DNA from: Octopus vulgaris
Lineage: Eukaryota
Length of the DNA stretch: 64,000 bases
Assembly: GCA_951406725.2 (NCBI GenBank)
Contig: OX597830.1
Location: forward strand, 70,866,001 to 70,930,000
Reading direction: 5' to 3'
Positions 1-13,830 of this stretch are shown here, piece after piece. The translations under genes were made by a program, and so were the position numbers. Position 1 is the first letter of the stretch, and every line of letters starts with the position of its first letter. The notes beneath the pieces are model-generated. The model made no database searches. It was not told the DNA's origin and saw only the letters and a program-made list of their open reading frames with translations.

Positions 1-37
1 ATGTATCGACACCTGTACATCCTTGTTACCTATCTAC

Positions 38-90
<53 letters not shown>

Positions 91-188
91 CCTAACTATC
101 TATCTATCTTTCTATCTATCTATACATATATATGTGTATGTATGTATATATGCATATATGTTTGTATATATACATATGTGTGTGTATA

Positions 189-234
<46 letters not shown>

Positions 235-399
235 GGCGGAGGAGTGGCTGTGTGGTAAGTAGCTTGCTAACCAACCACATGGTTCCGGGTTCAGCCCCAC
301 TGCGTGGAACCAAGTGTCTTCTGCTATAGCCCCGGGTCGACCAATGCCTTGTGAGTGGATTTGGTAGACGGAAACTGAAAGAAACCTGTCATATATATG

Positions 400-438
<39 letters not shown>

Positions 439-648
439 TTGTGTGTCTGTGTTTGTCCCCCTAGCATTGCTTGATAACCGATGCTGGTGTGTTTACGTCC
501 CCGTCACTTAGCGGTTCGGCAAAAGAGACCGGTAGAATAAGTACTGGGCTTACAAAAAGAATAAGTCCCGGGGTTGATTTACTCGACTAAAGGCGGTGCT
601 CCAGCATGGCCGCAGTCAAATGACTGAAACAAGTAAAAGAGTAAGAGT
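235..648 (+). mobile_element. tRNA-derived SINE, family A (internal (TA)n/(TG)n microsatellite, (GTAAAAGA)n tail)
   Basis: A-box-like TGGCTGTGTGG and B-box-like GGTTCAGCCCC; internal TA/TG repeat; 3' GGCGGTGCTCCAGCATGGCCGCAGTCAAATGACTGAAACAAGTAAAAGAG; more than 10 further copies in the window. Confidence 0.9.
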
Positions 649-989
649 ATACCTATACGGAGCGCAGAACCGACTTATATCAACCGAGAAGATACGTAGT
701 GTGATTGAACCCAAAATCTGTTGCAAAACGGATTTCTTAACCCCTCAGCCATGCCTTCAGTCAGTTATAAGTTTAAACTCTCTTGCACATTATCACACAC
801 TCACACATACACACACGCACACACACACGGAGACACACACGTAGTCCCATTTTCGAATCTTCTCCTCACAGTTTCTCCTTCTCTTACCATCACGGCTTCT
901 TCTTGTCCCCCTCCGTCTTAATCCCTTTGTATCCAGCATCATCCCTTTCTCACCATAAACTTTTAATTTAACTATTTACCTCTTCTAAA

Positions 990-1793
990 TTCTCTCTCTC
1001 TCCTTCTCTCTCTCTCTCTCTCTCTCTCTCTTCTTCATTCTGTTTCCCTCATTCTATCTCCCTCATTCTGTGTTTGTCTCTCTATCTTTCTCTATGTTTC
1101 TCTTCGATGCTTTGTCACCGACAAAAGATTCCCTCTCAGTTTTACTCAGACTTCTGTTTAAACTTTTCCTTCTCTCTCCCTCTCTTTCACCCCACTTCAT
1201 ACTGTATCTCTCTCTCTCTCTCTCTCTCTTCTTCTTCTTCTTCTTCCTCTTTCTTCATTTTTCTCTCTCGTACTCCATCTTAATTTTTCCACTCACTTTT
1301 CTTCTTTTCTTTTCTATCTTTTACCCTCTATTCTCTCTCCTTCACTCTTTCCTAATCTTTATACCACCACCTTTCTCTTCTGTCTCTCCCCTTTACTGGC
1401 ATCTCTTTCACTCTCTCTCTCTCTCTCTCTCTCTCATACGATGTCTCCTTCATACAATCTCCAAATCTCTGACTCTTTCTCCCTCCCCCACTACCATTTT
1501 TCTTCTCTCTCATGCACTTGATCACAATATTCCCTTACACACATTCTCGCTCTCTTTTTTTCTCTTTCTTTCTCCCTATCTTTCTTCCTCTCTCTCTACC
1601 TTTCTCACTTTCTCTCTGTCTCGTTTTACTCTCTGCACTCTAATTCTTCTTCTATTCTCTCCCACCGTCACCCAACCTCTTTCCTTTTACAGTACTTCAC
1701 AATAACAACACCAACATTTCAGAGAGAGAGAGAGAGAGAAAGAAAGAAGAGAGAGAGAGAGGGGAGAGAGAGAGAGGGGAGAGAGAGAGAGGG

Positions 1794-1839
<46 letters not shown>

Positions 1840-1842
1840 AAA
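990..1842. repeat. CT/GA-rich low-complexity and (CT)n/(GA)n microsatellite region
   Basis: Direct reading; explains ORFs 1070..1705 and 1687..1887. Confidence 0.9.
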
Positions 1843-2249
1843 CATGCATACAAACATACGCACACTCTCTCGCATACGCGGGCACACACGGGCACATACG
1901 GAAGATTATATGCATACAGGCATACGCAAACTCACTTTCTCACACACACAAACGTACATCCATACACAACACGCAAAGTCTCTCCCTCCCTCTCTCTCAC
2001 TTTCTCTCTCGCACACACACACACACACACAGATAAAAACATACGCATACACACCGCCTTACGCACGCACTTACTCCCGCAAAGGCTTAAATGTATCTAT
2101 CATAATAATCTTCATCTACAAATTTTCAATATATTCATAAGATACCTTTATCAGATTTCTTTCTTGCCGGTTTATGATATTGATCATTTGACGTCATGAA
2201 ATATTCATTATATTATTACATTGTACGAGGCTGCTATAAAAAGATATCA

Positions 2250-3110
2250 CAACAATCAACAACAACAACAACAACAGAAACAACAACAGCAACTACAACA
2301 AAAGCAACAATAGGAAGGAACGACAACAAATATCAGAGGAACAACAATAACGGCTATATTAACAGTACCGACAATAGAAACAGCAAGACGAACAAAGAAA
2401 GCGTTAAGGAAAAACAACAACAACAGAAACAACTACAGAGATAACATCATCATCATCATCACCATCATCGTTGTCATCATTAACATCTACAACAGCAACA
2501 ACAATAACAACCATAACAATAGCAGTAGCTGATGCAACGAGGAACAATCGCAGTATTAACAGAAGAAATAACAGTAGCTATAATAATTCTAACTGTAACA
2601 ACAGTAAAATGTTCTATAGTTAACAACAATAAAGGAAACAGCGGCAACGACGGGAATAGCAACAACAACAACAATGATAGCATTAAGGAAATTAGCAACA
2701 ACAGCTGGTAGCAGCAACATCTCTAAGAAGAGCGAATGTAAGCAGCAGCAGCAGCAGCAGTAGCAGCCGTAGCGACAATATCTGTAGCAACAGATATACG
2801 ATTAGCAACAGCAGTTGTAGGATCACCAACATTATCAGCAACAAAAATAGCAACAATACCATAAAAAAAACAACAGCTTGTAACAACAACAATGTTATTA
2901 ACAGCAAAAATAGCTACAACAACAATCGTAACACCAATAACTTTTGCAAGAGCAGCTTGTAGCAACAGTAAATCTAACAACAGCAGCTATAAGAGATAGC
3001 AACAATAGCAATAATATCTGTTGCTACAATGGAATTAGCGACAACAAATTAGCGTCAATTATGTTATCAATAAGAAAAAATAGCAACAACGACAGCTATA
3101 GCAATAATAA
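2250..3110. repeat. Degenerate (CAA/CAG)n trinucleotide-rich tract
   Basis: Runs of aac/agc/aat triplets. Confidence 0.8.
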
Positions 3111-3118
3111 TATACGTA

Positions 3119-3366
3119 AAAATAAATGCGCCCGTTTAAAGCCTAGCCAGGCTCGTGGACCCGGTTTCAATGGCGTATGTGTTCCCCAGCTGGACGGGAC
3201 GCCAGTCCATTGCAGCGTTACTCATTTTTGCCAGCTGAGTGGACTGGAGCAAATAGTGAAATGAAGTGTTTTGCTCAAGAATAGAACGCATCGCCCGGTC
3301 CAGGAATCGAAACCACAATCTTACGATCATGATGCTGACACCCTAACCACTAAGCCACGCGCCTCC
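3119..3366 (-). mobile_element. tRNA-derived SINE, family C (CORE-like plus V-like central domain)
   Basis: Minus strand reads GGAGGCGCGTGGCTTAGTGGTTAGG...GGTTTCGATTCC (A/B boxes), CTTGAGCAAAACACTT..GCTCCAGTCCACTCAGCTG and GCAATGGACTGGCGTCCCGTCCAG; flanked by aataatatacgta/aataatacacgta putative TSD. Confidence 0.8.
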
Positions 3367-3613
3367 ACAATAATACACGTACGCAACAAAATTTGTAGCA
3401 TTAGTAACGGCGGCGGCATTTTCAACATCAAAAATAGCTACAGCAATGTTATCAACAGCACATGTTGCAACAACAACAACAACAACAACAACAGCCATAG
3501 CAACAACAGCATTTGAAAGGGCATCTTGAAGCAAAAGCAAATGTAACAGCAAGAGGAAGCAGTTGCATTTACATCATCTGTTAGTACAACAGATTAGAAT
3601 TAGCAACAAATAA

Positions 3614-3845
3614 GGCGGCGAGCTGGCAGAAATGTTAGCATGCTGGACGAAATGCTTAGCGCTATTTCGTCTGCCGTTACGTTCTGAGTTCAAATTCCGC
3701 CGAGGTCAACTTTGCCTTTCATCCTTTCGGGGTCGATAAATTGAGTACCAGTTACACACTGGGGTCGATGTAATTGACTTAATCCCTTTGTCTGTCCTTA
3801 TTTGTTCCCTCTATGTTTAGCCCCTTTGTGAGCAATGAAGAAATA
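3614..3845 (+). mobile_element. tRNA-derived SINE, family B monomer
   Basis: Head GGCGGCGAGCTGGCAGAA, B-box GAGTTCAAATTCC, core GACTTTGCCTTTCATCCTTTCGGGGTCGATAAA-type; 16-bp TSD AGAATTAGCAACAAAT at 3596-3611 and 3846-3861. Confidence 0.9.
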
Positions 3846-4117
3846 AGAATTAGCAACAAATTTACCATCAACAGTGTTATCAACAACAAATACAGCAACA
3901 ACTGTACTAACAACAATAGCAATGTCAACAACAACTGCTTCAACTACTGCTGCATCAATATCAGGACCAAATTAACTGTAGAAACAACGATAGCAACATC
4001 GCTGTCAACATCAACTACAACAACAACACAAAACAACAATGATAGTCGTTGAAAGAACAATTGCAGTAAGTGTGATAGCAACAACATCGATAACAAACAC
4101 GACTGAACGAAGAAATA

Positions 4118-4325
4118 GTCTTTTCTACTCTAGGCACAAGGGCCGAAATTTTGGGGAAGGAGACCAGTCGATTAGATCGACCCCAGTACGCAATTGGTTC
4201 TTAATTTATAGACTCCGAAAGGATGAAAGGCAAAGTCGACAGAATTTGAACCCAGAACATAACGGCAGACGAAATACAGCTACGCGTTTCGCCCGGCGGC
4301 GAGCTAAAGTTTCTGCCAGCTCGCA
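4118..4325 (-). mobile_element. SINE family B2 (B head and core, alternative GGCCTTGTGCCTAGAGTAGAAAAG-type tail)
   Basis: Reverse complement of B head and core with a different 3' end; similar copies near 23205-23410, 23975-24200, 33125-33340, 53690-54130 and 56218-56425. Confidence 0.8.
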
Positions 4326-4485
4326 GTCTTTGAATGAAGAACTAATACAAAAATATTAACCATAATAAAACAAAACAGAAAACAAAACAAAAGAGGAAGC
4401 TGAAGATCATCTGTTTCTAACGTAAATAATAAAAAAATATGTTAAAATATACAAGAAATCAAGTATTGTAATAATCGTTGTCCAA

Positions 4486-5218
4486 GGCGGTTCGTTGGCA
4501 GAAACGTTAGCAAACCGGACGAAATGCTTAGCGGTATTTCGTGTGCTGCTACGTTCTGAGTTCAAATTCCGCCGAGGTCGACTTTGCTTTTCATCCTTTC
4601 GGGGTCGATAAATTAAGTACCACTTACGCACTGGGGTCGATATAATCGACTTAATCCGTTTGTCTGTCCTTGTTTGTCCTCTCTGTGTTTAGCCCCTTGT
4701 CGGTAGTAAAGAAATAGGTATTTCGTCTGTCTTACGTTCTGAGTTCAAATTCCGCAGAGGTCGACTTTGCCTTTCATCCTTTCGGGGTCGATGAAGTAAG
4801 TACCAGTTACGCACTGGGGTCGATATAATCGACTTAATCCGTTTGTCTGTCCTTGTTTGTCCTCTCTGTATTTAGCTCCTTGTGGGTAGTAAAGAAATAG
4901 GTATTTCGTCTGTCTTACGTTCTGAGTTCAAATACTGCAGAGGTCGACTTTGCCTTTCATCCTTTCGGAGTAGATTAAATTAAGTACCAGTTACGCACTG
5001 GGGTCGATATAATCGACTTAATCCGTTTGTCTGTCCTTGTTTGTCCTCTCTGTGTTTAGCCCCTTGTGGGTAGTAAAGAAATAGGTATTTCGTCTGTCTT
5101 ACGTTCTGAGTTCAAATTCCGCCGAGGTCGACTTTGCCTTTCGTCCTTTCGGGATAGATTAAATTAAGTATCAGTTACGCACTGGGGTCAATCTAATCGA
5201 CTTAATCCGTCTGTCTGT
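4486..5218 (+). mobile_element. SINE family B tandem tetramer (one head plus three head-less units of about 184 bp)
   Basis: Units restart at GGTATTTCG at 4717, 4900 and 5084, directly after AAAGAAATA. Confidence 0.9.
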
Positions 5219-5640
5219 CGCGTCATGCCCCTGTTACGTAACAACATCGAATAACATGGATATATAGCAGCATCGGGAAAACGCCTGGATTTTTACTTGG
5301 AGAAATCCATACGAAGAAGCAGACGGAAATCCCAAACAAAAATTACGCATCTTTGATTTTGATCCCCGCTTTTTTTTTCCAATCAAACACCCGAAATCTT
5401 ATAGAGAAAAAAATTCTAAAATTTGAAAATCTCCAGACCCTGACAAAATCATAAGCAAACGACTAAAACAGCAAAGGCCTCAAGAAATCACTGCCGTTAC
5501 CAATATCTGCGACTACTAGTAACCAATATTGTGAAATGAATGGAATCTGGAATTTGTGGAAGGTCATAGGAATTCTAAGGTCGAACAGAATTCAAAGGAA
5601 GTAATGTCATGCTGACCTGTTATTCACCAATGCAAAACCA

Positions 5641-5910
5641 TTATCTTTTAGCTTTTACTTGTTTTAATCGAGATGTGGCCATGCTGGGGTACCGCCTTGA
5701 AGGGTTTATTCGTACAAATCTATCGTGCTGATTACTTAATTGTATTTTTTTTTCTTTTTCTTTTAATCTGGTACTTATTTCATCGATTTTTTTTTTGTCA
5801 AACCGATAAATTAGGAAGACGTGAATAAACCAACAGCGATTGACCGGTGGTGGACACACACTCTCACATACACAGACACAAACACACGCATACACACACA
5901 CACACACACA

Positions 5911-5955
<45 letters not shown>

Positions 5956-6109
5956 GTACCTCGGTTTTCGAACATCTCTGATCACGAATAAATCGTGTTT
6001 TGTATCTATCTATCTATCTATCTATCTACATATTTAAATATGTATATATAAATATATATATAAAGCATGATTTAATCGTTATCAGAAGTGTTCGAAAACC
6101 GAGGTAATA

Positions 6110-6190
<81 letters not shown>

Positions 6191-6412
6191 TGTATGTATG
6201 TTTGTATGTATGTATGTATATATGTATCTATGTATGCGTGTGCGTGTGTATGTATGTATATATGTATGTATGTATGTATGCGTGTGCGTGTGTATGTACG
6301 CATACACAAACACACACAAGGTGGGCGTCCACACAGTCTCCGTCCGTCAAATTCACTCACAACGTATTGATGGGCCCGAAGTTATAGAAGACACTCGCCC
6401 AAGGATCCGCAC
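5641..6412 (-). mobile_element. Old SINE family A copy with an expanded internal microsatellite containing a MITE
   Basis: Tail homology at 5641-5860 and head/core homology at about 6320-6412. Confidence 0.6.
5951..6112. mobile_element. Tigger/pogo-like MITE (foldback)
   Basis: TIRs CAGTAGTACCTCGGTTTTCGAACA / TGTTCGAAAACCGAGGTAATACTG, followed by TA. Confidence 0.8.
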
Positions 6413-7025
6413 ATTATAGAGAGGTAAAGCTTCCGCGCATTCAAGCCTCTACAAAAAACAACCCACACCACTCCTGACTCAGTGGACGAGCTTCCAGGTG
6501 GCGAGCGATCTACTGACAATAACAAATAGATTCCTTTTTACTGTCTTAATAGTAGAAAGAGGGGGGGGCTTGGATAATTTTATCCTTCTCCCTTAGAAGA
6601 CCAAACGGTTTGAGTTTGAAATAGGCCTGTTCAGGCAGGACTGATTTGAGTCTTAACATCAACTTCACCAACTGTATTTCTCTCGAATCTAATGCAGAGA
6701 ATAGTTGTGAACCTCTGCAAAAGAAGCTCCCAAACATTGGCTCTGGGCGGAAATTTCTGCTCTGTACATCTAAATAGAATACTCAGCACCACCTTAAAGT
6801 CAACATGTTTCCTTTTAATTATGCATATCTTATTGAAAAACAACATAAGATATATTCGCTGCACGGAAAATCAAAATCCAGTAGAAAACCCTAGAGCGGA
6901 TATAAATTTCTGTTTTAATGACCTTACTTGGAATCTAATTTAGTGTCCGTTTTATTTCTAAATGAAAAAGGTAAGAGAGAATATTATTCGATGTAAGTAT
7001 TATATTACCTCAGAAAGTGAGAATA

Positions 7026-7420
7026 TCTTTATATATAAAAGTGAGGTTGTGTACTGTCTGTCTCTTGTGATTTAGATTCCTAACTACTCCCACATTTTGC
7101 GGTGAAGTTTAACCAAAACCGGGTATCTTATAGTCGTGATTCATATCGAGCCCTTCTGGGTATTAGCGCGCGTCTACGATGAGTCTACGATTAAAAAAAA
7201 ATTTACCATCAATTTTTCCCATTTTTAATGCATTTTTGGCATATATAAGGGAAGTAACTCTCTAAAAATTTATTATTAAATCTCAGAATGTAAAAAGCTA
7301 CAGTAACACCCCCACTTTGAGGTTAGCCATATTGAGATGGCTATTATACTTTACATCTCTAAAAATGCTTATATAGTTATTTCCCTTACAAACCCGAGCA
7401 ACGCCGGGTGATACTGCTAG
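7026..7420 (+). mobile_element. Non-autonomous Helitron
   Basis: 5' A|TC start (TCTTTATATATAAAAG), subterminal GC hairpin CCCGAGCAACGCCGGG, 3' CTAG|T end, no TSD. Confidence 0.8.
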
Positions 7421-7489
7421 TAAGTAATAAAGTCAATAGCTCATTTGAAATGGTTTAACGGTTAGATTAATATATAGGAACTCGAAATG

Positions 7490-8099
7490 CAGTAATCCCT
7501 CGACTGCCGCGGGTGTTACGTTCCAATACCTCTCACAGAAATAATTAAAATCTAAAAAATTATAAATACCTATCGCCCGCAGAAACCCGGATATCCTGAG
7601 GAGTCCACGATATAAATTTACATGAGTGTCTGTGTGGTAAGTAGCTTGTCTACCAACCACATTGTTCCGGGTTCAGTCCCACTGCGTGGCACCTTGGGAA
7701 AGTGTCTTCTACTATAGCCTCGGGTCGACCAAAGCCTTGTGAGTGGATTTGGTAGACGGAAACTGAAAGAAGCCCGTCGTATATATGTATATTTATATAT
7801 ATGCGTGTGTGTTTCTGTGTCTGTGTTTGTCCCCTAGCATTGCTTGACAACCGATGCTGGTGTGTTTATGTCCCCGTTAATTAGCGGTTCGGCAAAAGAG
7901 ACCGATAGAATAAGTACTGGGCTTACAAAAGAATAAGTCCCGGGGTTGAGTTGCTCGATTAAAGGTGGTGCTCCAGCATGGCCACAGTCAAATGACTGAA
8001 ACAAGTAAAAGAGTAAAAGAGTAAAAGAATATTAGCCAGAAAAATCCGCGATGTACTGAGTGTGCGATAGGTGAACCGCGATATGGCAAGGGGTTACTG
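7490..8099. mobile_element. Tigger/pogo-like MITE interrupted by a SINE A
   Basis: Imperfect TIRs CAGTAATCCCTCG..CCGCGG / CCGCGATATGGCAAGGGGTTACTG|TA. Confidence 0.65.
7624..8030 (+). mobile_element. SINE family A
   Basis: Near full-length match to 235-648; tail (GTAAAAGA)3. Confidence 0.9.
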
Positions 8100-8346
8100 T
8101 ATATTATCGTTGCCACAGTTAAAAATATTTTTAGAATATTAAAGAGTATATTTAGTAATAAGGGAATATTGAAGTCTGAGAGTGAGATTACAACAAGTAC
8201 TTTAATTTATTACCAGTCGGGATAAATATATGTATTTGAATTATCAATAAGTTATTTCAGTCTGATGTTAGAAATTCAATGCAAATTTATTCAGAATTCT
8301 AATTCATACATCTTAAAAGAATCTTCTTAACAGAAAGAAAACTTAC

Positions 8347-8432
8347 CAATACAATAGCATTAAATTTAAGATTTTCAAATTTAACATGCTTCATAGAAAG
8401 TTTTGGAACATGCATATTACTATACAGGTTGC
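8347..8432 (-). other. Candidate 86-nt internal exon, (G)NLYSNMHVPKLSMKHVKFENLKFNAIVL
   Basis: Minus-strand acceptor TTATTTTTACAG and donor TTG|GTAAGT; one open frame; no recognised homology. Confidence 0.25.
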
Positions 8433-8809
8433 CTGTAAAAATAATATTAATTCAAATTAAGTGCTTTCCAGCTGTACAAATTCTTTTTGCATTCGGTTGG
8501 TACTCCAGTGCTCCCTAGATTGAAGAAAATGTCATCCATCATAATTACCGTGTTTGGAATATTATTTTGTATTGATTTATAATAAAAAGAATGGAAGAGG
8601 AAAAGATCGTTATATTTATTAGAGGATTGCGTTATTATTGAGAATCCAAGTCAACGTTTCATTTACATGAATAAACAGTCGAATATATTAAAAAGCAAAA
8701 AAAAAAAAAAGAAAAAGAAACCTTTTATACTTTTAGACTTATTTATCACATACGAAATGTAATTCTATTCAACACACTCCTTCTGCCTCTGTCTTAATAT
8801 AGCTCATTC

Positions 8810-8811
8810 TA

Positions 8812-8871
<60 letters not shown>

Positions 8872-9180
8872 ATGCACACATACAAACACACACACACGTA
8901 CATACACACGTACGTACATACACACGTACGTACATACATACATACATACATACATACGTACGTACGTACATACATACATACATACATACATACATACATA
9001 CGTACATACATACATACATACATACATACATACATACATACGTACATACATACATACATACATACATACATACATACATACATACATACATACATACGTA
9101 CATACATACATACATACATACATACATACATACATACATACATACATACATACATACATACATAAATATACATACATACA
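8810..9180. repeat. Compound (CT)n(CA)n(CATA)n microsatellite
   Basis: Direct reading. Confidence 0.95.
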
Positions 9181-9899
9181 AGCACTTTCCCACGTTCACC
9201 TTCCGATGATCCAGAATAGAATCACTAGGGATTCAAGAATCTTCATTTAAAATTTATACCTTCGAGAAGGTACTATACAGTTTTCAATATCGTAGAAGGT
9301 AGAACGTAATATATTCCTTAATTGTTCCACATGAAATCTTCTTTATGGATATAAAATGTTCACCTGTATTATTCTCTATGAATCAGATTGCTAGTTTTTC
9401 TTTTTTTCTTTCTATAATTTCACAACTAGTTTTATAATTTATGTTTACAATTAATAAAGTTAATTCTTTCTAATTTTTTACAACGTTTGAAATAATGTAT
9501 GAAGTTGTTTTAAAGAAACGAGTAAAAGATAACTTTGGAATAAAAATGATAAATTCAAAATTTACGAGTAAAAATTCTCTATATTTCTGACGTTAAATCT
9601 CCTTCGAAATAAATTATTAGGTGAACAATATGTTAATTCAATCTTTAGGCAAGAAGTTACAGTGAAATATTTAAAGATGATTATATTATTCACATCAAAA
9701 TATTTAATTCTTGAAGTAGACTGTATAAAACAAATCGCTTGGAATATCATATGAATAAATACAATGAATATTTCAATTAAGATTATTATATCAAATAGTG
9801 ATTATTCAGTGATCACTTAAATAATATGATACCTCTGCTGATGTTGTGTTGACACAGGGGAAACAGTAAACCTGCTGTAAGTCTGCAATCTAAAATAAT

Positions 9900-10381
<482 letters not shown>

Positions 10382-10737
10382 GTTACACCTTGTGTATGAT
10401 AAAAAGAAAAAAAGACCAAAGATTCTTCCTATGCCATTGGTATTTGATATCAGTTTCCCGGGTTCTATGGTATTTATATTCTCCCACTACCTGCGCAGGA
10501 CGTCCGACCGTCGTAGGATTACGGTTTTTGCCACATGAGTGGAATGGAGCAGCCTGAGATGATGTATTTTGGTCAAGAGCACAAAGCCTTGACCAGTGCA
10601 GGAGTTGAAACTACAACCCTTCTATTATGGGTGTAACACCTTAACCACTGAACCACGCGTCTCCGCATTTCATATGTAATGTAATATAATGTATACTTGT
10701 ATGAGTCAGCCCCAATCACTCTTAACTGGAAAGATAA

Positions 10738-12165
10738 TGGGAGTGAAATGTCTCCGTGGAAAGATCTGCAAGAATGCAAAATGGCTCAAGATATACTGTG
10801 CCAGGTCGGATTGTGGGAAAAAAAGAACCACAGTTGCAGTTCTCAGTGGTGGCACCTGTTGAAACATCAATAGTTGGGAAGGTATTGGAAGTGTCACTAC
10901 GTTAAGATCTGCGAGAATGAGAAAGGGCTGAATAGACACCGAGCCAGATCCAGCTGTCGAAAGAGGAGGTACAGGTGCATTGCACAATGGTAACACTTGG
11001 TAAGACGCAGGACTGGAAGTCTCTCAGTACATGTGTCACCTCAAGTCCTCAGGAGGGGCAACCCACGCAATACCACACAATAAGGCCAATCCCAGCCTGC
11101 TAAAGAACGAATCAAATGGCCCAATATGGATGAAACAAAGAAATGGCAACAACAACTCGTAGACCAAGACCTCGACGTAATATTGGATTGCATGCTGTCA
11201 GGAACAGCTGAATAGAAAGTGAATTCACTTGTAACTATAGAATTCAATTTGGTGAAAGATCGATTTGTAACAGCGGACAGACCGGTTACCACAGCAATTG
11301 AAAGTGAATCTTAGCAAAAGAGAAAGAAAGATGCACCATCTGAGGGAAGAGATCAAAATCCTCAATAAGCAATATAAAAGGGCCTCTGGTGATGAAAGAA
11401 AAGGCATCAGGGATTTGACAACGTCTGAGAAGGTTTAGAAGGGTTGAAAGCACCAAGAAGCGGAGGAAAGAGAGGGTGACCAAGTGAGCGCAATTTGTCA
11501 AGAGCCCTTTTAGGTTCACCCGAACGCTGTCGTCAGACATACAGGTACTACCTCAAGGTCTAGGCGAAAGTGAATAGCTAGTACCGCAGTTGCTCAGGTT
11601 GAAGGCATGCTGGAGCTACGCAACATTATTGGAGTTACATGCAAGGGTCGCCAGGTTCTCGGTTTTTCCTATTTCCTACAATGGAAGAAAGTAGACATCA
11701 GGGAGAGGCGGGCTATGACCCAGGAAGCGGTGTAGTACTAAGAGGAGGAACGAAGAAAATAAAGAGCTGTGGAGCTGGTATCTCGGGGTGTATGGACTAA
11801 ATGGGACCCTCCTAAGAGGAATCTTACATGGACTAACCAGTGGAAACTGGAACTTTTTGCATCTTTTACCTGCTGCGGGCGGTGTATAACACCCTACCCC
11901 AGACGCTAACAAACCTGCAAAGACAGATTTTGAAGGAACAGCAGCTGTGTAGACATCGTGGAGAAAGTGGCACCCTTCACACATCTTGGCAGGGTGCAGA
12001 ATAGTACTTTCTCAAGGTAGATATAAATGGTGCCATGATAGGATACTTGCAACGCTTGCTCACACCCTGGAGCAGGAAAGGTGCAAGAAACATCATCACC
12101 AGGGGAAGGCAACAGCCGCAATTTAGTTCGTGAAAGAGGGAGAGAGAGGCTGGTAAAGTCCGTAA
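10738..12165 (+). pseudogene. Decayed, internally deleted RLE-type non-LTR retrotransposon (HERO-like)
   Basis: Fragments read VKCLRGKICKNAKWLKIYC (N-terminal Zn-finger-like), IKWPNMDETKKWQ..DQDLDVIL, KKRRKERVTK*AQFVKSPFRFTRTL, LLRAVYNTLP, and HILAGCRIVLSQGRYKWCHDRILATLAHTLEQERCKK (CCHC knuckle plus RHD-like motif); many stops and frameshifts; RT core absent. Confidence 0.75.
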
Positions 12166-12483
12166 AAATGATACATAGCTTGCTGCATGAATCTCAATCA
12201 TAGGTTATGAAAGTGGACTTAGGGGAGGGATTGCAGTTTTCCCAAGTATATACACATATATGTTCGCATTTATACACAATTACAAACACATATATATATA
12301 CACACATATATACATACAAACATATACACAAACACACGCACATATACATACTCACACATACACACACACACTCACACACACAACACACACACGAGAATGT
12401 AAAGACATTGCTGTTATGCCTGTTTCAGTTGATTCTGATACGCGTGGCTTAAATGCATACACACACACACACACAAACACACA

Positions 12484-12520
<37 letters not shown>

Positions 12521-13132
12521 ACACACTCACACACACACACGCACACATTCTCTCACACGGGCACATACATACGCACGCATACTCACATGTAGATTCACAT
12601 CCACATGCACACATTGAAATGTTCCTCAACAATGTCTTTGCGTTATGACCTTTCTAAACACCTCCTCTCCCTATTCCCTTCATGCCCTTCTTCCATGACC
12701 CTCTCTTCTGCTATCTCATCCGGTTGTTGCTGTTGTTTCTGCTGCTTCTGTTGTTGTTTTTTGGTATTCGTTTGTATTTTTGTTCTCGCTACTGTTCTTG
12801 TTTCTTTTTGTTTCTTTTTATTAATGTTACTATTATTTGTTGTCTTTGTTATTGTTATTTTAGTTGTTGCTATTGTTAATGTTCTTGTTGTTGTTATCGC
12901 AGCCATCTTTCACGCTGTTGGTTGTTCACTGATATTTATCAAAGACACCCTGACTTTTGAATATGGCGGAATTAGGGGGAGGGGTTGTGTGTTTGGAGCG
13001 TAAGCAGCTTTGGTAGGGGTAAGGTTTGTGTATCTGTATCATTCCGAGTGCTTGTGTGTGCATATGTATATATATATATATATGTGTGTGTGTATGTATA
13101 TATGTATATATATGTATATATATGTATGTATG

Positions 13133-13194
<62 letters not shown>

Positions 13195-13830
13195 TGCATT
13201 CATATGCGCGTATGTGCGTGTAAATATTTGAATATGGACTATATGTTTTGTGCATGTATATGAGTGCGTACGTATATATCAGTGTCTCTCTATGATTGTG
13301 TAACGCATGGTGAATTTGCATACAGTCGGATATGCGTTTGAATGAGGCAGGTTTGTGTGTGTTGGGGCGAGGGTGGGGCTATCGGGAGGTGGGAAGCAAA
13401 GGTGAAAGTTCAAGTGTCCATATCAGGCTTGACCTCCGACGTTTCTTAATTCAACATAAAACGAAACGAAAATAACATGACAAGAAAATAACAAATACCC
13501 AAAGTTATTCTGGAAATCTAAGTGAATGGACTACATTGATAACCTCCAGGATACCTCTGCATCTCATCTCATCGTCTCTGCTCTAGTTACTGCTGTGTCC
13601 GACCTCTTTCTGCTTTAACCGTCATCTTCCTCCCACTATTTCCCTATAAATGCAATCTCATGGTTCCACCTTCAAACATTTCCTTGCTAATTCATTCTTT
13701 ACCAACTCGCACTCTCACCCATACTGTGATTGAATGAGAGTGCGGACGATAGCGGATAGTTCTTACTTCAGACACACGAACTACGGCGAAGTCTCTCTTA
13801 CCCTTCAACCATCTACACGATAACGCAGAT

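Noticed and set aside
3280-3366. tRNA genes at SINE heads
   Set aside because: A/B boxes are present, but they continue into multi-copy SINE bodies and no convincing complete cloverleaf is seen
4486-5218. CRISPR-like regular array
   Set aside because: Units are wholly repeated with no unique spacers; SINE-derived and eukaryotic context
9200-9760. Additional minus-strand exons
   Set aside because: Candidate frames contain stops or lack a credible acceptor
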